A stretch of 64,000 nucleotides of DNA from Macrostomum hystrix (taxonomy: Eukaryota > Animalia > Platyhelminthes): contig CATNEN010000001.1 in assembly GCA_950097015.1 (NCBI GenBank), positions 5,766,001-5,830,000 on the forward strand, read 5' to 3'. Positions 50,601-62,350 of the stretch are shown here, one piece after another. Position 1 is the first letter of the stretch. Every line of letters begins with the position of its first letter. A model generated the notes under the pieces. It was not told the DNA's origin and made no database searches. It saw only the letters and a program-made list of their open reading frames with translations. The position numbers and the translations under genes are program-made.

Positions 50601-51262
50601 CTTCCAAAATCTGGAAGAATTATTTATTAAGAAACTTTGCTTAGATACAAGAGTGCTTTTTATTGGCGATCAGTGCCACCCGATTCACAGTTGATAACCT
50701 ACCGTGGACTCCTGTCTCAGCTGTTGCCAGGCCCATCCGTGCCGTGAGTCAGCCATCAGCGATTCGGCCAGTTGGTTTAATGATTGCTGCTGCCCCTGCG
50801 GTTGACAGGTGTATTCAGGAAATAGATAAGTTGATAGATAATATATAAAAGTTATAAATTACACCTTTCCCATTTGGGCACCGATAACACAGCTGGGTGG
50901 AGCGGAAGCACTATAGAACACTAAGTGTCTTGCTCAAAGATTCGAACTCACGAACTCTCGGTCGGAATTCAGAAGCTAACTAACCAATGGACTACAAGAT
51001 ATCTTGTTATACCATATTAATTGGTATAAAATGCAACCTTTCCACTTGGGGAGTCGGCGGCAGAGCGGTTAACGCGTTTGCCTCTCGCACCATGGTCCCT
51101 AAGTTCGATTCAACGGGAAGGCCACATTCATTTGGAGCGCAGCCGCGGAGAGAAGGCTTATGGGCTTGTCGTGCGATTTTCGCCCTTGAGGGCCAACCTC
51201 CAAGGTACAGTGAAGTGTACGAGCGTACACTGCCTGACGATGAGAAAGTCAGATGTACACAC
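44689..51262 (+). repeat. Tandem segmental duplication, copy 2 (~6570 bp)
   Basis: Matches copy 1 up to AGATGTACACAC at 51262; ~340 bp longer through indels at 49228-49253 and 49617-49968. Confidence 0.97.
46242..48038 (-). CDS. DEG/ENaC channel subunit, 598 aa, copy 2 (protein identical to copy 1)
   Basis: Same translation; one synonymous Arg difference seen (41216 T vs 47445 C). Confidence 0.95.
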   Translation of the reverse strand: MIGSRETVREFVSEKPRDGVKAILAQPVHAWLSETTAHGLARLVGQRPIYVKVLWLAGFALGLAGFVTQVQSFIETYQQQPATTTLKQNSIEFEFPDVVICNKAIMSGSYPYILDPGTLALVNNYVTQITAQMGVPTDQFQAAAFGKVLLATIPYKLLSDILGHRLLQFLFLTNLNGLQMNAVPVKPFYSPSELNCFRLEPTPSQRQTLNTEGSYLEIGLFLDATFFDFPKTSSLLPIPIMNSSGISFLSWDFESGFSLESANGVNVYFAKPGHYPDPDSMIQLSAGKDYRIDLAIERLTLSKGMQCSNNPDPSRIINPYDDSEVAYPYSEYLCRAERSNQLLMQQSSGCVSNILPRDQKFFNASYCFNASRIANRELSTVQFMSALYSEAYSSRSLDQKAIQQYCINLKPCQTDTYTYSYSFGTWPRIYSSFQREILARFQELVRGKKTFFPGYPFPGYDDMLSVSNALLNNLTTHNIVIGAGYIQDQVMRIRLFTDKSLGSGVQIEKSYDLTNLVADTGGLLGLYLGCSLLTMLEAAELLHDCLLACVSAVSTVLEGQRAKNKSTNRVGIENNIMATEEARKHHKEPSSISVTELG

Positions 51263-54200
51263 TTGTGTGAGCGTGTGTCTGCGTACGGTATCTGTGTGCA
51301 AGTGTTCTCAGGAGTCAGTGAAATGAACAAAATTGCCTCCTCGCTGGCTGGGGGTCTAGTGTCACTAAATGATGTGCCATTGCCCGCTGCACTCCTGCAG
51401 TTATTAATATTATTTTCATTATAACCTTTGCACTTTGCAGCTGTTGATCTTCCTGCTGTAAGCAGCACTCCAGGTAAGCCAGCAAATTCTCCGACACTCG
51501 CCGATGTCGCAAGCTCAGCAAGCAGAAGGCCAGCTGTAGAACTCTACAGATGAATTCTTCATCGCCTGACGTAGAGTGGCCGACCAGCAGAGCAGCCAGG
51601 ACATGGCGCAGTTTCGACCAGCCCAGTGGATCTCGCTGGTGGGCCAGCATCGAAATCAGTCGGTGCAGGGTCAGGTCATGACCGCCGCAGCAGCTGTGCC
51701 TACCAGAGCTGGCCAGATCGTGAGCCAGCTGATTGGCCAGGAATTCTCGAAAATTTGGAAGAAGAACCGCCGACGATGATTGCGGAGCTTTTTGACGACC
51801 ACGACGACCATAAGGTGCGGCAGAGCCCTTTGTGAGGTGCTGATGTAGGTCGAGAAAGCTTGAGCTCGTATGGCCTTCTGCGTGAAGAGACGGAGCAGAT
51901 GGTGATGCGGTTGTCAATGCGGATGCCTCCACGTGGGCTAGCTCGTCAATCACTGGCAAGTCTATTAGTCTAAGCAGCCGCTGCAGACACAGGTGGTGAA
52001 TGCATTCATCCAGGTAGGAAATAGTTGACGCCGGATCGTGGCAATTGTAGAGCTCATCTGTCATACGAAAGTTAAATAACTCTAATTCAGGTTCTAGAGG
52101 ACAGGAAAATTAAGAAACTTTCTACTGACCTAAAAGTAATAATAATAATAATAATAATAATACTTTGTGGGAGAGCTGAGTGTTCAGGAGCATAATTTTT
52201 TGTGATTCGCAGTCAGCGATAGACGATTCGGAACATTATGCTGACTCATGAGCAGACACTCACGCAGCGGTTTAAATATTCCCTTGACTTTCTCATCGTC
52301 GGACAGGGTACAACTCTCACTGCGAGCGTACTCGTGCTTGTAGATTGCAAGCACGACAAGCTCCCCAAGCCTTCTCTCCGCGGCTGCGCTCGAAATTAAT
52401 GTGGCCTCATTGCGTAACCAAGCACCTTGGCGAGAGAGGGCACATACTCGTACGAGTACGTTAGATCGCTCTGCCACTCATCCCCATCTACTGACCTACG
52501 TAGAATATTAAGATAAATATTAGTGGTTTAGTGGTAATTGCTAAATAAAAAATGAAGTACAGTGCAAACCTCTCATTGTGATTTCCAGCGCTGATATTGT
52601 TGCATCGCCTTGACTATCGAACTCGTCATGGAGATCGAATGTCGCACGCCCAGCATCTTCGGCGGCAGCCTTGGTACATTTCACATGGTCGAACGTGGAG
52701 TCGGTGCCATCCTGGCCTAGAGTACTAGCGGTTCCGTCAGCAAAGTCAGCACCAATCAGCTGCTCGTCGTCAACTTCGAGTTCAAGGCCTTGGCCGGCTC
52801 CGGACAGGCACGAGACCGACCGAGTGTGACGCAGTCGGCAGGACAAGCGGCCCGGGGCACCGCGAAGCAGGCCGCGAACCACGTGACCACCACCGTCCAA
52901 TAAGCGTCTGATTAGCTTTGGATGAGAAAAATCGACGAATGATGTTGAAAATGACATACTAATTTAATGACGTATTAACAGTAGAACTACCCCCTGACAA
53001 TGCTTTGTGCTGCACCCAAACGGAAAAACGCAAGCACACGAAACTCAAGGACACGGGCCAACTTTTTGTTGCGCATCTTCTGAAACAAGAATCAAGTCGA
53101 TAGCTCTTCAGACCGTCGAGATATTCAATCTTTCTGGCCGAAGGTCTGATTTTTCTAATAAGAGCATGTGTATTTCATACACCCCTATACACTAATTAGC
53201 ACTTCAAAGGCCTTGTGAATAGGGGTGCAAGGCATTGCCAGGCCTTCAAAATTTATCAGCATGTCACCGAATGGGCCTGCATCATCTCCGTCTTCGGTAG
53301 TCACCTACCTTTATCTAGACGGACTGCTGGACCTTCAGGGGCTACAACAGGTGGAAATAGGTCACTGGACACCCTGACGCGAATTTCACCAATTTCACTG
53401 ATCAAGCCTAAATAGCTCGTATTAGGCGCAGCTGAACCACAGGACACCATCGTCTAGTCTGTCAACCAATCACTCATCAACCAAGGCTGTTAGCATTCAG
53501 GCGCTGCCAAACCCCCTTTGGTATAAAAACTGGCGGCAAAATGGCTTGGTAGTCCAAATGTTAAATAAATATGCTATCTAAATATTATAAAACTAAGAAT
53601 ATTTGTTTTATTTTCCCGCCTTTTTAAATCTGTTCACCATGATTGCTGTCAACGCGTGACGAACAGTCACCAATATTTAAATTTGTAACCTCGTTATCTC
53701 GTTCTATTCATTCCATACTTTATTTTCATTCATTCTACTTTCTCCCTTCATCGCTTTCCATTCGGTCTGCTGTTCTCCATTCTCTTCTGTCTGTTTGTCC
53801 TCTTCTTGCTTTCTCTCTCTCCCGTTCTGTAGAGATTTTTCATTTATTCTCTTTGGTTTCTCCTTTCTTTTTCTTATTTTTCCTCTTTGCGCTTCATGAA
53901 TTTCTGGCGTATTTTTTCGATGAAATCAGACTTGAATATTTTTTTCAAGAAACGACAAGGTCCTTCTTCTTCTAGTGGTCCTTGGTGTGTACATACAAGT
54001 ATATCGATCTAGGTTTTTATTGTCAGGTAGTAGTTCATACTCTTACCAAGTTCTGGGGGTCGGCCTACCATGTAGGAAATACATTTTACGTCTAGAATGA
54101 AATTAATAACAAAATATAAAGTTTAGGGACTTTTCGATGCGAGATTCGGGCGCACTACATGACTTCTCAGAATTAAGAAGCGTCCATCGACACTTCAAAC

Positions 54201-54861
54201 GCAATAAAAACTAACTATTGGAGATACAATCTTACCTTTAGCTGTCGCTGCCGGTGTCCAACAACTGCTAGACTCTGTGACTTGTTACTCTTAGTGTCAT
54301 CAGATTTGACTTCCGCTGATGAAGCCGCTACTTCAGCGTCCTCTTCAACAAAGGGCAGTACGCACGGGTTGCCGGTGTTCAGCTTGTACCAGCGACAGCT
54401 TTTGGCTTCGAATTTCGAAGAGTCTCCGCTGCAGGGTAGAAGGGTGGCCGAGTCTAGCAGATGCTGGCAGATCTTGTGAGCTCGATGCTCATTGTCTAGG
54501 TGTTCGAGCTGCTGCTGCTGCTGCTGGTAGTTTATGGATGCCTTGGTTTTGCTGATCGATAAGGCATTATTCGCGCTGGTAGATTGTAAAAACTCTACAA
54601 CAGCAGACAGTAGCTGTTTGCCGGTCCGTCTGAGGCCTTGATGCTGCTGCTGCTGCTGCTGCTGCTGTTGTTTCGGAAACAGACAACTAAGAAGTTGCTT
54701 CCACTGCCGGGTAGCTCTAAACTGATTCCTGTCAACTGGATCGGGAGCGGAAGGTATCAAATAACGAAGAATGATTTCAGGCTGAAGTGTCCTTAAAAAA
54801 AGACAAAAGAAAGCAAGAGAGTCTCACCAGTTAACAGAGCATCGCTAGGTGAGGCCTCCAT
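50194..54861 (-). CDS. DEPDC7: DEP domain-containing protein of the DEPDC7/DEPDC4/DEPDC1 (LET-99) family, DEP + RhoGAP-like, ~654 aa
   Basis: Exons 54861(or in-frame ATG 54927)-54828, 54735-54236, 52915-52570, 52093-51426, 50610-50194, phases 1/0/1/0. Motifs FRATRQW, RAHKICQHLLD, KFEAKSCRWYKL, RLLRLIDLPVID, LQLAFCLL..R..LLAYL, WRRLFRLP and LQQFSVHHPDVFRKYF parallel remembered DEPDC7 segments (FGATYVW, TFEDSSCSLYRF, RLLQLVDLPLLD, QFYKCHPDIFIEHF). Confidence 0.8.
51048..51412 (+). mobile_element. SINE family B, full length, in the last intron of the DEPDC7-like gene
   Basis: GGCAGAGCGG A-box, GTTCGATTC B-box, shared body, TTATTA tail. Confidence 0.85.
52280..52482 (-). mobile_element. SINE family B, diverged 5' portion (intronic)
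   Basis: GACTTTCTCATCGTC, CCAAGCCTTCTCTCCGCGGCTGCG and CGCTCTGCCACTCA motifs. Confidence 0.75.
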
Positions 54862-55171
54862 GGAAGCTTCAGGTTGAAAATATCTGCCTGCTGTATAGCG
54901 TGTGTTGTTTGTCACATCATAAATCATTTGCTCACTACCGCTGTTCAAATAAAGATAGGTAAGACATCGAAAGGTTTCAAACAGCCGCGCACTGATTGGT
55001 TAGTTTAGATCGATAATGTACATAGATAATAACAGGCTCACTACTTGCGATCTGTGGCATTGTATGCACAGCGATTATGAGCGTCAATGGATTGGGGCGG
55101 CTCGTTCAATATTCTGTACAAATTAACATACGCATTCCTGACACCTGACACTAGAACGAACTCACATGATG

Positions 55172-55275
55172 GTGTACATGCATCTCTCCTAACTTTCTCA
55201 TCGTCAGGCAATGTACACTCTCTTTTGTGCCTCGGGGGACGGCCTTAAAAGGGCTTTAATTACTTGACAAGCCTC
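55172..55275 (-). mobile_element. SINE family B internal fragment
   Basis: ACTTTCTCATCGTCAGGCAATGTACACTCTC. Confidence 0.6.
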
Positions 55276-55500
55276 TGCGTTAACCACCCAACAACTCTCT
55301 TGGCGATAGGATTAATTAAGTAGGCTTTAGTTACTATTCGTCAACTAGAAATTTAAGTCGATACACGAGCGTAAGCTTTATAGTAGGAGATTACTTGATT
55401 GATAACCCTAAAAAACATTTTTATCATGCTGGCTTTTCGTCCAGGCATTGCACACCGACCCTCATATGGACTCCAATACGTAAAGTCGGCAGTGTATTAC

Positions 55501-55952
55501 AGCAATCTATTACCATAGACAACTCAGTCTGCAGTGTGCTGTCAGCAATGTATTACCATAGACAACTCAGTCTGCAGTGTGCTGTCAGCAATGTATTACC
55601 ATAGACAACTCAGTCTGCAGTGTGCTGTCAGCAATGTATTACCATAGACAACTCAGTCTGCAGTGTGCTGTCAGCAATGTATTACCATAGACAACTCAGT
55701 CTGCAGTGTGCTGTCAGCAATGTATTACCATAGACAACTCAGTCTGCAGTGTGCTGTCAGCAATGTATTACCATAGACAACTCAGTCTGCAGTGTGCTGT
55801 CAGCAATGTATTACCATAGACAACTCAGTCTGCAGTGTGCTGTCAGCAATGTATTACCATAGACAACTCAGTCTGCAGTGTGCTGTCAGCAATGTATTAC
55901 CATAGACAACTCAGTCTGCAGTGTGCTATCAGCAATCCGATACTATAGACAA
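55501..55952. repeat. 43-bp minisatellite (TATTACCATAGACAACTCAGTCTGCAGTGTGCTGTCAGCAATG)n, ~10 near-identical units
   Basis: GACAACT at 55561 and 55604. Confidence 0.97.
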
Positions 55953-56781
55953 TTAAACATACTCGGCGCTCTCAGAGAAATCTTAACGTTCCGAAAAATC
56001 CTAAATAAATTAAATAAGTACGATATGCAATAAGATTATCTGCTCATTTTTCATTTCTCTGCCCCTCCGCTCGTTCTCTCCTACTGCGTCCTGCGGCGGG
56101 GCCAGGGCAAATTCCAGGGATTTTGGGATGTCCGGAATGAGCCACACGGGTGGCTTCGTCGGGATTGGCTGTCCGAATTGGCTCAGGTCGGATCCTACAA
56201 TTTAGTGCGATTCTGAGAAAGGCTCGATCTCTTTTCCTATGAGCACATGTGTATACAACAGTACACCCCTGTACGCCACTCAGCATTGAATCCTATGAAC
56301 AAGATTGTCTTGTCAGGCGAAGGTAAAAACCAAGATCTTCATGCCAGATGAAGACTTCTGGATCTTCAACGGGTGGCTACATAAGCTGCCACTGCCCTTG
56401 GTAGTAGTACACTTGGCCGGTCAGAAAAGATAGTTTATAGAATTGAGAAAGAACTCAAACAGCCCTAACTTCCTTTAAAGATTTCCCATTTGACGGAAAG
56501 TCACCCTGGTTGCCTAGGAATAAAAACTGACGAAATGGCACGAGAAGTTTAAATAGACGAGTTTACAAAGTTTGTCGACTGACAGACAAAGTGAACTTTG
56601 TCTCACCTTAATGAATCAGTTACGGAAGTTTCCACAGATAATGCGACAAACGACGTGCTCCACTTTTATTGGCCAGTGAGTTTTTCTAGCTAGAAATAGC
56701 ATAAAATACGAAACACCAGGCAGGCCCCATATGACCAGGTTACTTTTTCCTTGACACTATAAGGCCTTTCAAACATTGGCG

Positions 56782-58653
56782 ATGCAATTCAAAGCCATTT
56801 TTGCTCTGCTCCTTATTTTCACTCTCGGTGAGCGCATTTGAGTAGTTTAAAAGCTTTCTCAATCTAGTAAACTCATACATAATCACTCCTGTATCCAGTG
56901 ATGGTCGCTTCTGGCAGCGGCCAATGCAAGAAGTTGAAACTCAAGCCCGTCAACGGATCCATTGTGATTAACAGCTCGGTGAGCAGCAGTCTACTCAATG
57001 GGTCGGGCTTTGCGTCTCACTTTGAGTGCCTGATTTGGTGCGGACAGAAAGGCTGCGCAGTCGCGATGTTCAACAAGACCAGCAGAATTTGTCAACTAGC
57101 TGTCATCGCTGACTCGTCGGGACAGTCGGGACTGGGAGGCAGCTACGAGAGTAAAAAGCTTGTAGCCTCTGACGATGGTACCGTGAGACTGTGGAAAGTG
57201 GACGACTCTGATCAGCTTCTGCTTATATACAGAGCTCCAAAAACAACCGTAGTGTTCAGAAGTGAGTCAAATAAATACATTTAGATAGTGCATATCACGA
57301 CGAGTACTTCAATCAACGAATAATTAATTCGTCATTTGATGCAATACCTCTTCCAGACAGTAGCACAGGTAGACTTGGTGTCATTCAGAACGTCGTCATC
57401 AACGTGACCGGCTGCTACCGCATTGAAGCTTTCGGAGCCGCTGGAGGAAGAGCCACCGGCGCCAGAAGTGCTTCCAACCGAGGAGGCAGGGGCGCCTCCG
57501 CCAGTGGCAGCTTCAGCCTCATCGCCGGAGTCCGACTGGACATTGTGGTCGGCCAGACAGGCGGTGACGCCTTTTGTGAGTATGGTACCGGTGGAGGCGG
57601 TGGCAGCTTTGTGTACGTCAGCGACGTCTTTGCTGACGAATGCCTCCTGCTCGTTGCCGCTGGTGGTGGAGGTGGAAGCGCTTATAGCTATAATGGTGAG
57701 TATTCTGGTCTCAGGGGTAAAGCATTATGCATCTGGTATTTACTTACATTTTATCAATGGAAACGTTCAATTCAGTTAGATTTTGAAGTCAGCCTTGATA
57801 TACTCGTACAAGAACATTTGCAGGTGGGCTGAGGGTACTGGCACATCATTTGGTGACAGTAGACCCGCGGGAACCGAGAGGCAATGCTGCCCATTCCGCT
57901 GATTCCTGAGCACACACGAATATCGTACGCAGGCACACACTAACACAGGGATATACATCTGTCCAGACTTCCTCATTGTCAGGCAGTGTCTTTCACTGGG
58001 CATTGAATGTCAGCTTTCATGCATTGCACGACAAGCCGCCAAGCCTTCTCTCCGCTGCTGCGCTCCAAATGAGTAGCCTTGCCGCGGATATCGAGGGAGC
58101 TTGGTGCGAGAGGCAAACGTGGTATCTCGACCATCGCATACCTGCTGTCAATATCTCAGGAGTTGACGGCATCGACGCCCACAATGGCGCGAACTCGTTT
58201 CCAACGACCGACTTCACGGGCAGCGGCGGTGTCGGAGGGCAGCCGGGTCTCGTGTCACCCGTCAGATTCCAATCCGCTCTTGACTTCGCCTGCGGTGGTC
58301 CAGGCGCCGGCTGGAACGGCTCGGCTCTGCCCGGCAGCTACTCCTTATTCGGAGGTCCTGGGCTGAGCCGCATCGACGGCTGGCTCGGCGGTGCTCGCAG
58401 CTCGACCTGCAACACCGGTGACGGTGGATTCGGCGGAGGCGGCGCCGGCGGAGGCTGCTGCTACTCACCGAAATTTGGTGCCAACGGCGGTGGCGGCGGA
58501 TTCAGCGGCGGCGGCGCCTCCTCTCACCCTGACGGAAGCGGTGGTGGCGGCGGATCCTTCTGCAGTGGCATGGGCTGCGTCACCACGTCAGGCGCCAACT
58601 TGGAGCTGCAGGGCCGAGTACTGCTCACCAGAGCTGGAGCTGTGTGCTCCTGA
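56782..58653 (+). CDS. Secreted PAN/apple-like + ALK/LTK-type glycine-rich domain protein, ~413 aa, no TM or kinase
   Basis: Exons 56782-56827 (signal peptide MQFKAIFALLLIFTL), 56899-57261 (ECLIWC..GCAVAMFNKTSRICQL, PAN-like), 57357-57695 (TGCYRIEAFGAAGG..GGRGA..LDIVVGQTG..GGGGGSFV..LLVAAGGGGG), 58160-58653 (GPGAGW..GDGGFGGGGAG..GGGGGFSGG..GGGGGSF..GRVLL). All introns are phase 1, GT-AG. Confidence 0.85.
57820..58125 (-). mobile_element. Diverged SINE family B in intron 3 of the PAN-GRD gene
   Basis: GGCACATCATTTGGTGAC, CCAAGCCTTCTCTCCG and GGTGCGAGAGGCAAACG motifs. Confidence 0.8.
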
Positions 58654-59551
58654 CACCGCTGTTAGGACTAGTACAATTCCCAACTGCGAATTTGCTGTGA
58701 ATCTGCACTTTATCAAACGCTTTATTGATATTTACATTTACAAAAGGGTGACCTGAAGCAGTCAAATTGCTTTTCGTGGGCTAAGAATCGAAGTCCAGAT
58801 CTCAATGTAGGAAGTCCAAAACTAACCATCAAGACGAAGCCTTTTGTTGTTGCTGTGCGACTTGATGGTTCTATTCATATTGTGTTTAATGCTTAAAAAG
58901 CTTTCTTAAAACTAATTAATACATCTGTGTGTCTCTGCAAAACTGTTATATAAGGCAGTGGAGAGTACTACGTAGGAAGTTTCGCACGCGCGTATATGTT
59001 TTACTCGATTCGTCCTTGGTTACTAGGTGTAGATTCTATTATTATTTTTTGGTTCATTGTAGCTGCGACAGTCTAAAGTCCACTGAATTTTAGCCTCTCA
59101 ATCACTTTATCATCTACAGAAACTTTACTCATCACACCAAAATACTGGCCTAATTAATTATTTAAACTAATTATACTTTTTAATTCCATCAAGAATGAAA
59201 GTTTTGAGCTTCAAACTGAAAGAAAAAAAGCAAAAAATTCAATTAAGCATTGCCTGTCACCGTTATCGTTATGCAAGTCATCAGACTGTGACAGTTGAAA
59301 CTGGTCATATGAGTGGAGGGGACCCAGATATGATCTGAATGACTAGACAGCTGTCATTCTATCACCACCATCACACCAAAATTTTTGCCATTTTTCACGG
59401 TATCCGAGCAACGCTTCACACCTTTCCATGCTTGCTGTTTTTCTTCAAACCATTGCAAGTACTATTCATGGTTTGAACAAGATATTTTGAAGTTTTAATG
59501 TGATTCTATGATATTCAGCTGTGAAACTTAAATGCAATAGTTTCAACAAAC

Positions 59552-62350
59552 TTGCATTGTTCGGACAGGATTGCATAGTTTGGACAGGATTGCATAGTTT
59601 GGACAGGATTGCATTGTTTGGACAGGATTGCATAGTTTGGACAGGATTGCACAGTTTGGACAGGATTGCATAGTTTGGACAGGATTGCATAGTTTGGACA
59701 GGATTGCACAGTTTGGACAGGATTGCATAGTTTGGACAGGATTGCACAGTTTGGACAGGATTGCACAGTTTGGACAGGATTGCACAGTTTGGACAGGATT
59801 GCACAGTTTGGACAGGATTGCACAGTTTGGACAGGATTGCATAGTTTGGACAGGATTGCACAGTTTGGACAGGATTGCACAGTTTGGACAGGATTGCATA
59901 GTTTGGACAGGATTGCATAGTTTGGACAGGATTGCATAGTTTGGACAGGATTGCACAGTTTGGACAGGATTGCATAGTTTGGACAGGATTGCATAGTTTG
60001 GACAGGATTGCACAGTTTGGACAGGATTGCATAGTTTGGACAGTATTGCACAGTTTGGACAGGATTGCATAGTTTGGACAGGATTGCACAGTTTGGACAG
60101 GATTGCACAGTTTGGACAGGATTGCACAGTTTGGACAGGATTGCATAGTTTGGACAGGATTGCATAGTTTGGACAGGATTGCACAGTTTGGACAGGATTG
60201 CATAGTTTGGACAGGATTGCACAGTTTGGACAGGATTGCATAGTTTGGACAGTATTGCACAGTTTGGACAGGATTGCATAGTTTGGACAGGATTGCACAG
60301 TTTGGACAGGATTGCACAGTTTGGACAGGATTGCACAGTTTGGACAGGATTGCATAGTTTGGACAGGATTGCACAGTTTGGACAGGATTGCATAGTTTGG
60401 ACAGTATTGCACAGTTTGGACAGGATTGCATAGTTTGGACAGGATTGCACAGTTTGGACAGGATTGCATAGTTTGGACAGGATTGCACAGTTTGGACAGG
60501 ATTGCACAGTTTGGACAGGATTGCACAGTTTGGACAGGATTGCATAGTTTAGACAGGATTGCATAGTTTGGACAGGATTGCACAGTTTGGACAGGATTGC
60601 ACAGTTTGGACAGGATTGCACAGTTTGGACAGGATTGCACAGTTTGGACAGGATTGCACAGTTTAGACAGGATTGCATAGTTTAGACAGGATTGCACAGT
60701 TTGGACAGGATTGCACAGTTTGGACAGGATTGCACAGTTTGGACAGGATTGCACAGTTTGGACAGGATTGCACAGTTTGGACAGGATTGCATAGTTTAGA
60801 CAGGATTGCATAGTTTAGACAGGATTGCACAGTTTGGACAGGATTGCACAGTTTGAACAGGATTGCATAGTTTGGACAGGATTGCACAGTTTGGACAGGA
60901 TTGCACAGTTTGGACAGGATTGCATAGTTTGGACAGGATTGCATAGTTTGGACAGGATTGCACAGTTTGAACAGGATTGCATAGTTTGGACAGGATTGCA
61001 TAGTTTGAACAGGATTGCATAGTTTGGACAGGATTGCATAGTTTGGACAGGATTGCATAGTTTGGACAGGATTGCATAGTTTGGACAGGATTGTATAGTT
61101 TGGACAGGATTGCACAGTTTGAACAGGATTGCATAGTTTGGACAGGATTGCATAGTTTGAACAGGATTGCATAGTTTGGACAGGATTGCACAGTTTGAAC
61201 AGGATTGCACAGTTTGAACAGGATTGCATAGTTTGAACAGGATTGCACAGTTTGAACAGGATTGCACAGTTTGAACAGGATTGCATAGTTTGGACAGGAT
61301 TGCATAGTTTGAACAGGATTGCATAGTTTGGACAGGATTGCACAGTTTGAACAGGATTGCACAGTTTGAACAGGATTGCATAGTTTGGACAGGATTGCAC
61401 AGTTTGAACAGGATTGCACAGTTTGGACAGGATTGCATAGTTTGGACAGGATTGCATAGTTTGGACAGGATTGTATAGTTTGGACAGGATTGCACAGTTT
61501 GAACAGGATTGCACAGTTTGAACAGGATTGCATAGTTTGAACAGGATTGCACAGTTTGAACAGGATTGCACAGTTTGAACAGGATTGCATAGTTTGAACA
61601 GGATTGCACAGTTTGAACAGGATTGCACAGTTTGAACAGGATTGCATAGTTTGGACAGGATTGCATAGTTTGAACAGGATTGCATAGTTTGGACAGGATT
61701 GCACAGTTTGAACAGGATTGCACAGTTTGAACAGGATTGCATAGTTTGGACAGGATTGCACAGTTTGAACAGGATTGCACAGTTTGGACAGGATTGCATA
61801 GTTTGGACAGGATTGCATAGTTTGGACAGGATTGTATAGTTTGGACAGGATTGCATAGTTTGGACAGGATTGCATAGTTTGGACAGGATTGCATAGTTTG
61901 GACAGGATTGCACAGTTTGGACAGGATTGCATAGTTTGGACAGGATTGCACAGTTTGAACAGGATTGCACAGTTTGGACAGGATTGCACAGTTTGAACAG
62001 GATTGCATAGTTTGGACAGGATTGCACAGTTTGGACAGGATTGCATAGTTTGGACAGGATTGCATAGTTTGGACAGGATTGCACAGTTTGGACAGGATTG
62101 CACAGTTTGGACAGGATTGCACAGTTTGGACAGGATTGCATAGTTTGGACAGGATTGCATAGTTTGAACAGGCATAGTTTGGACAGGATTGCACAGTTTG
62201 GACAGGATTGCACAGTTTGGACAGGATTGCACAGTTTGGACAGGATTGTACAGTTTGGACAGGATTGCATAGTTTGGACAGGATTGCACAGTTTGGACAG
62301 GATTGCATAGTTTGGACAGGATTGCACAGTTTGGACAGGATTACACAGTT
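59552..62350. repeat. 19-bp satellite (GGACAGGATTGCACAGTTT)n, ~147 units
   Basis: Read directly; explains all Cys-rich ORFs between 59466 and 62420. Confidence 0.98.

Noticed and set aside
53643-54008. Purine-rich minus-strand stretch as an extra DEPDC7 exon or separate gene
   Set aside because: Stops occur in the minus-strand frames I checked, and the exon chain is phase-consistent without it.
57976-58159. N-terminal part of ORF 57976..58653 (and the C-terminal part of 51315..52064)
   Set aside because: Read-through into intronic SINE sequence; splice sites at 58159 and 51425 fit the gene models.
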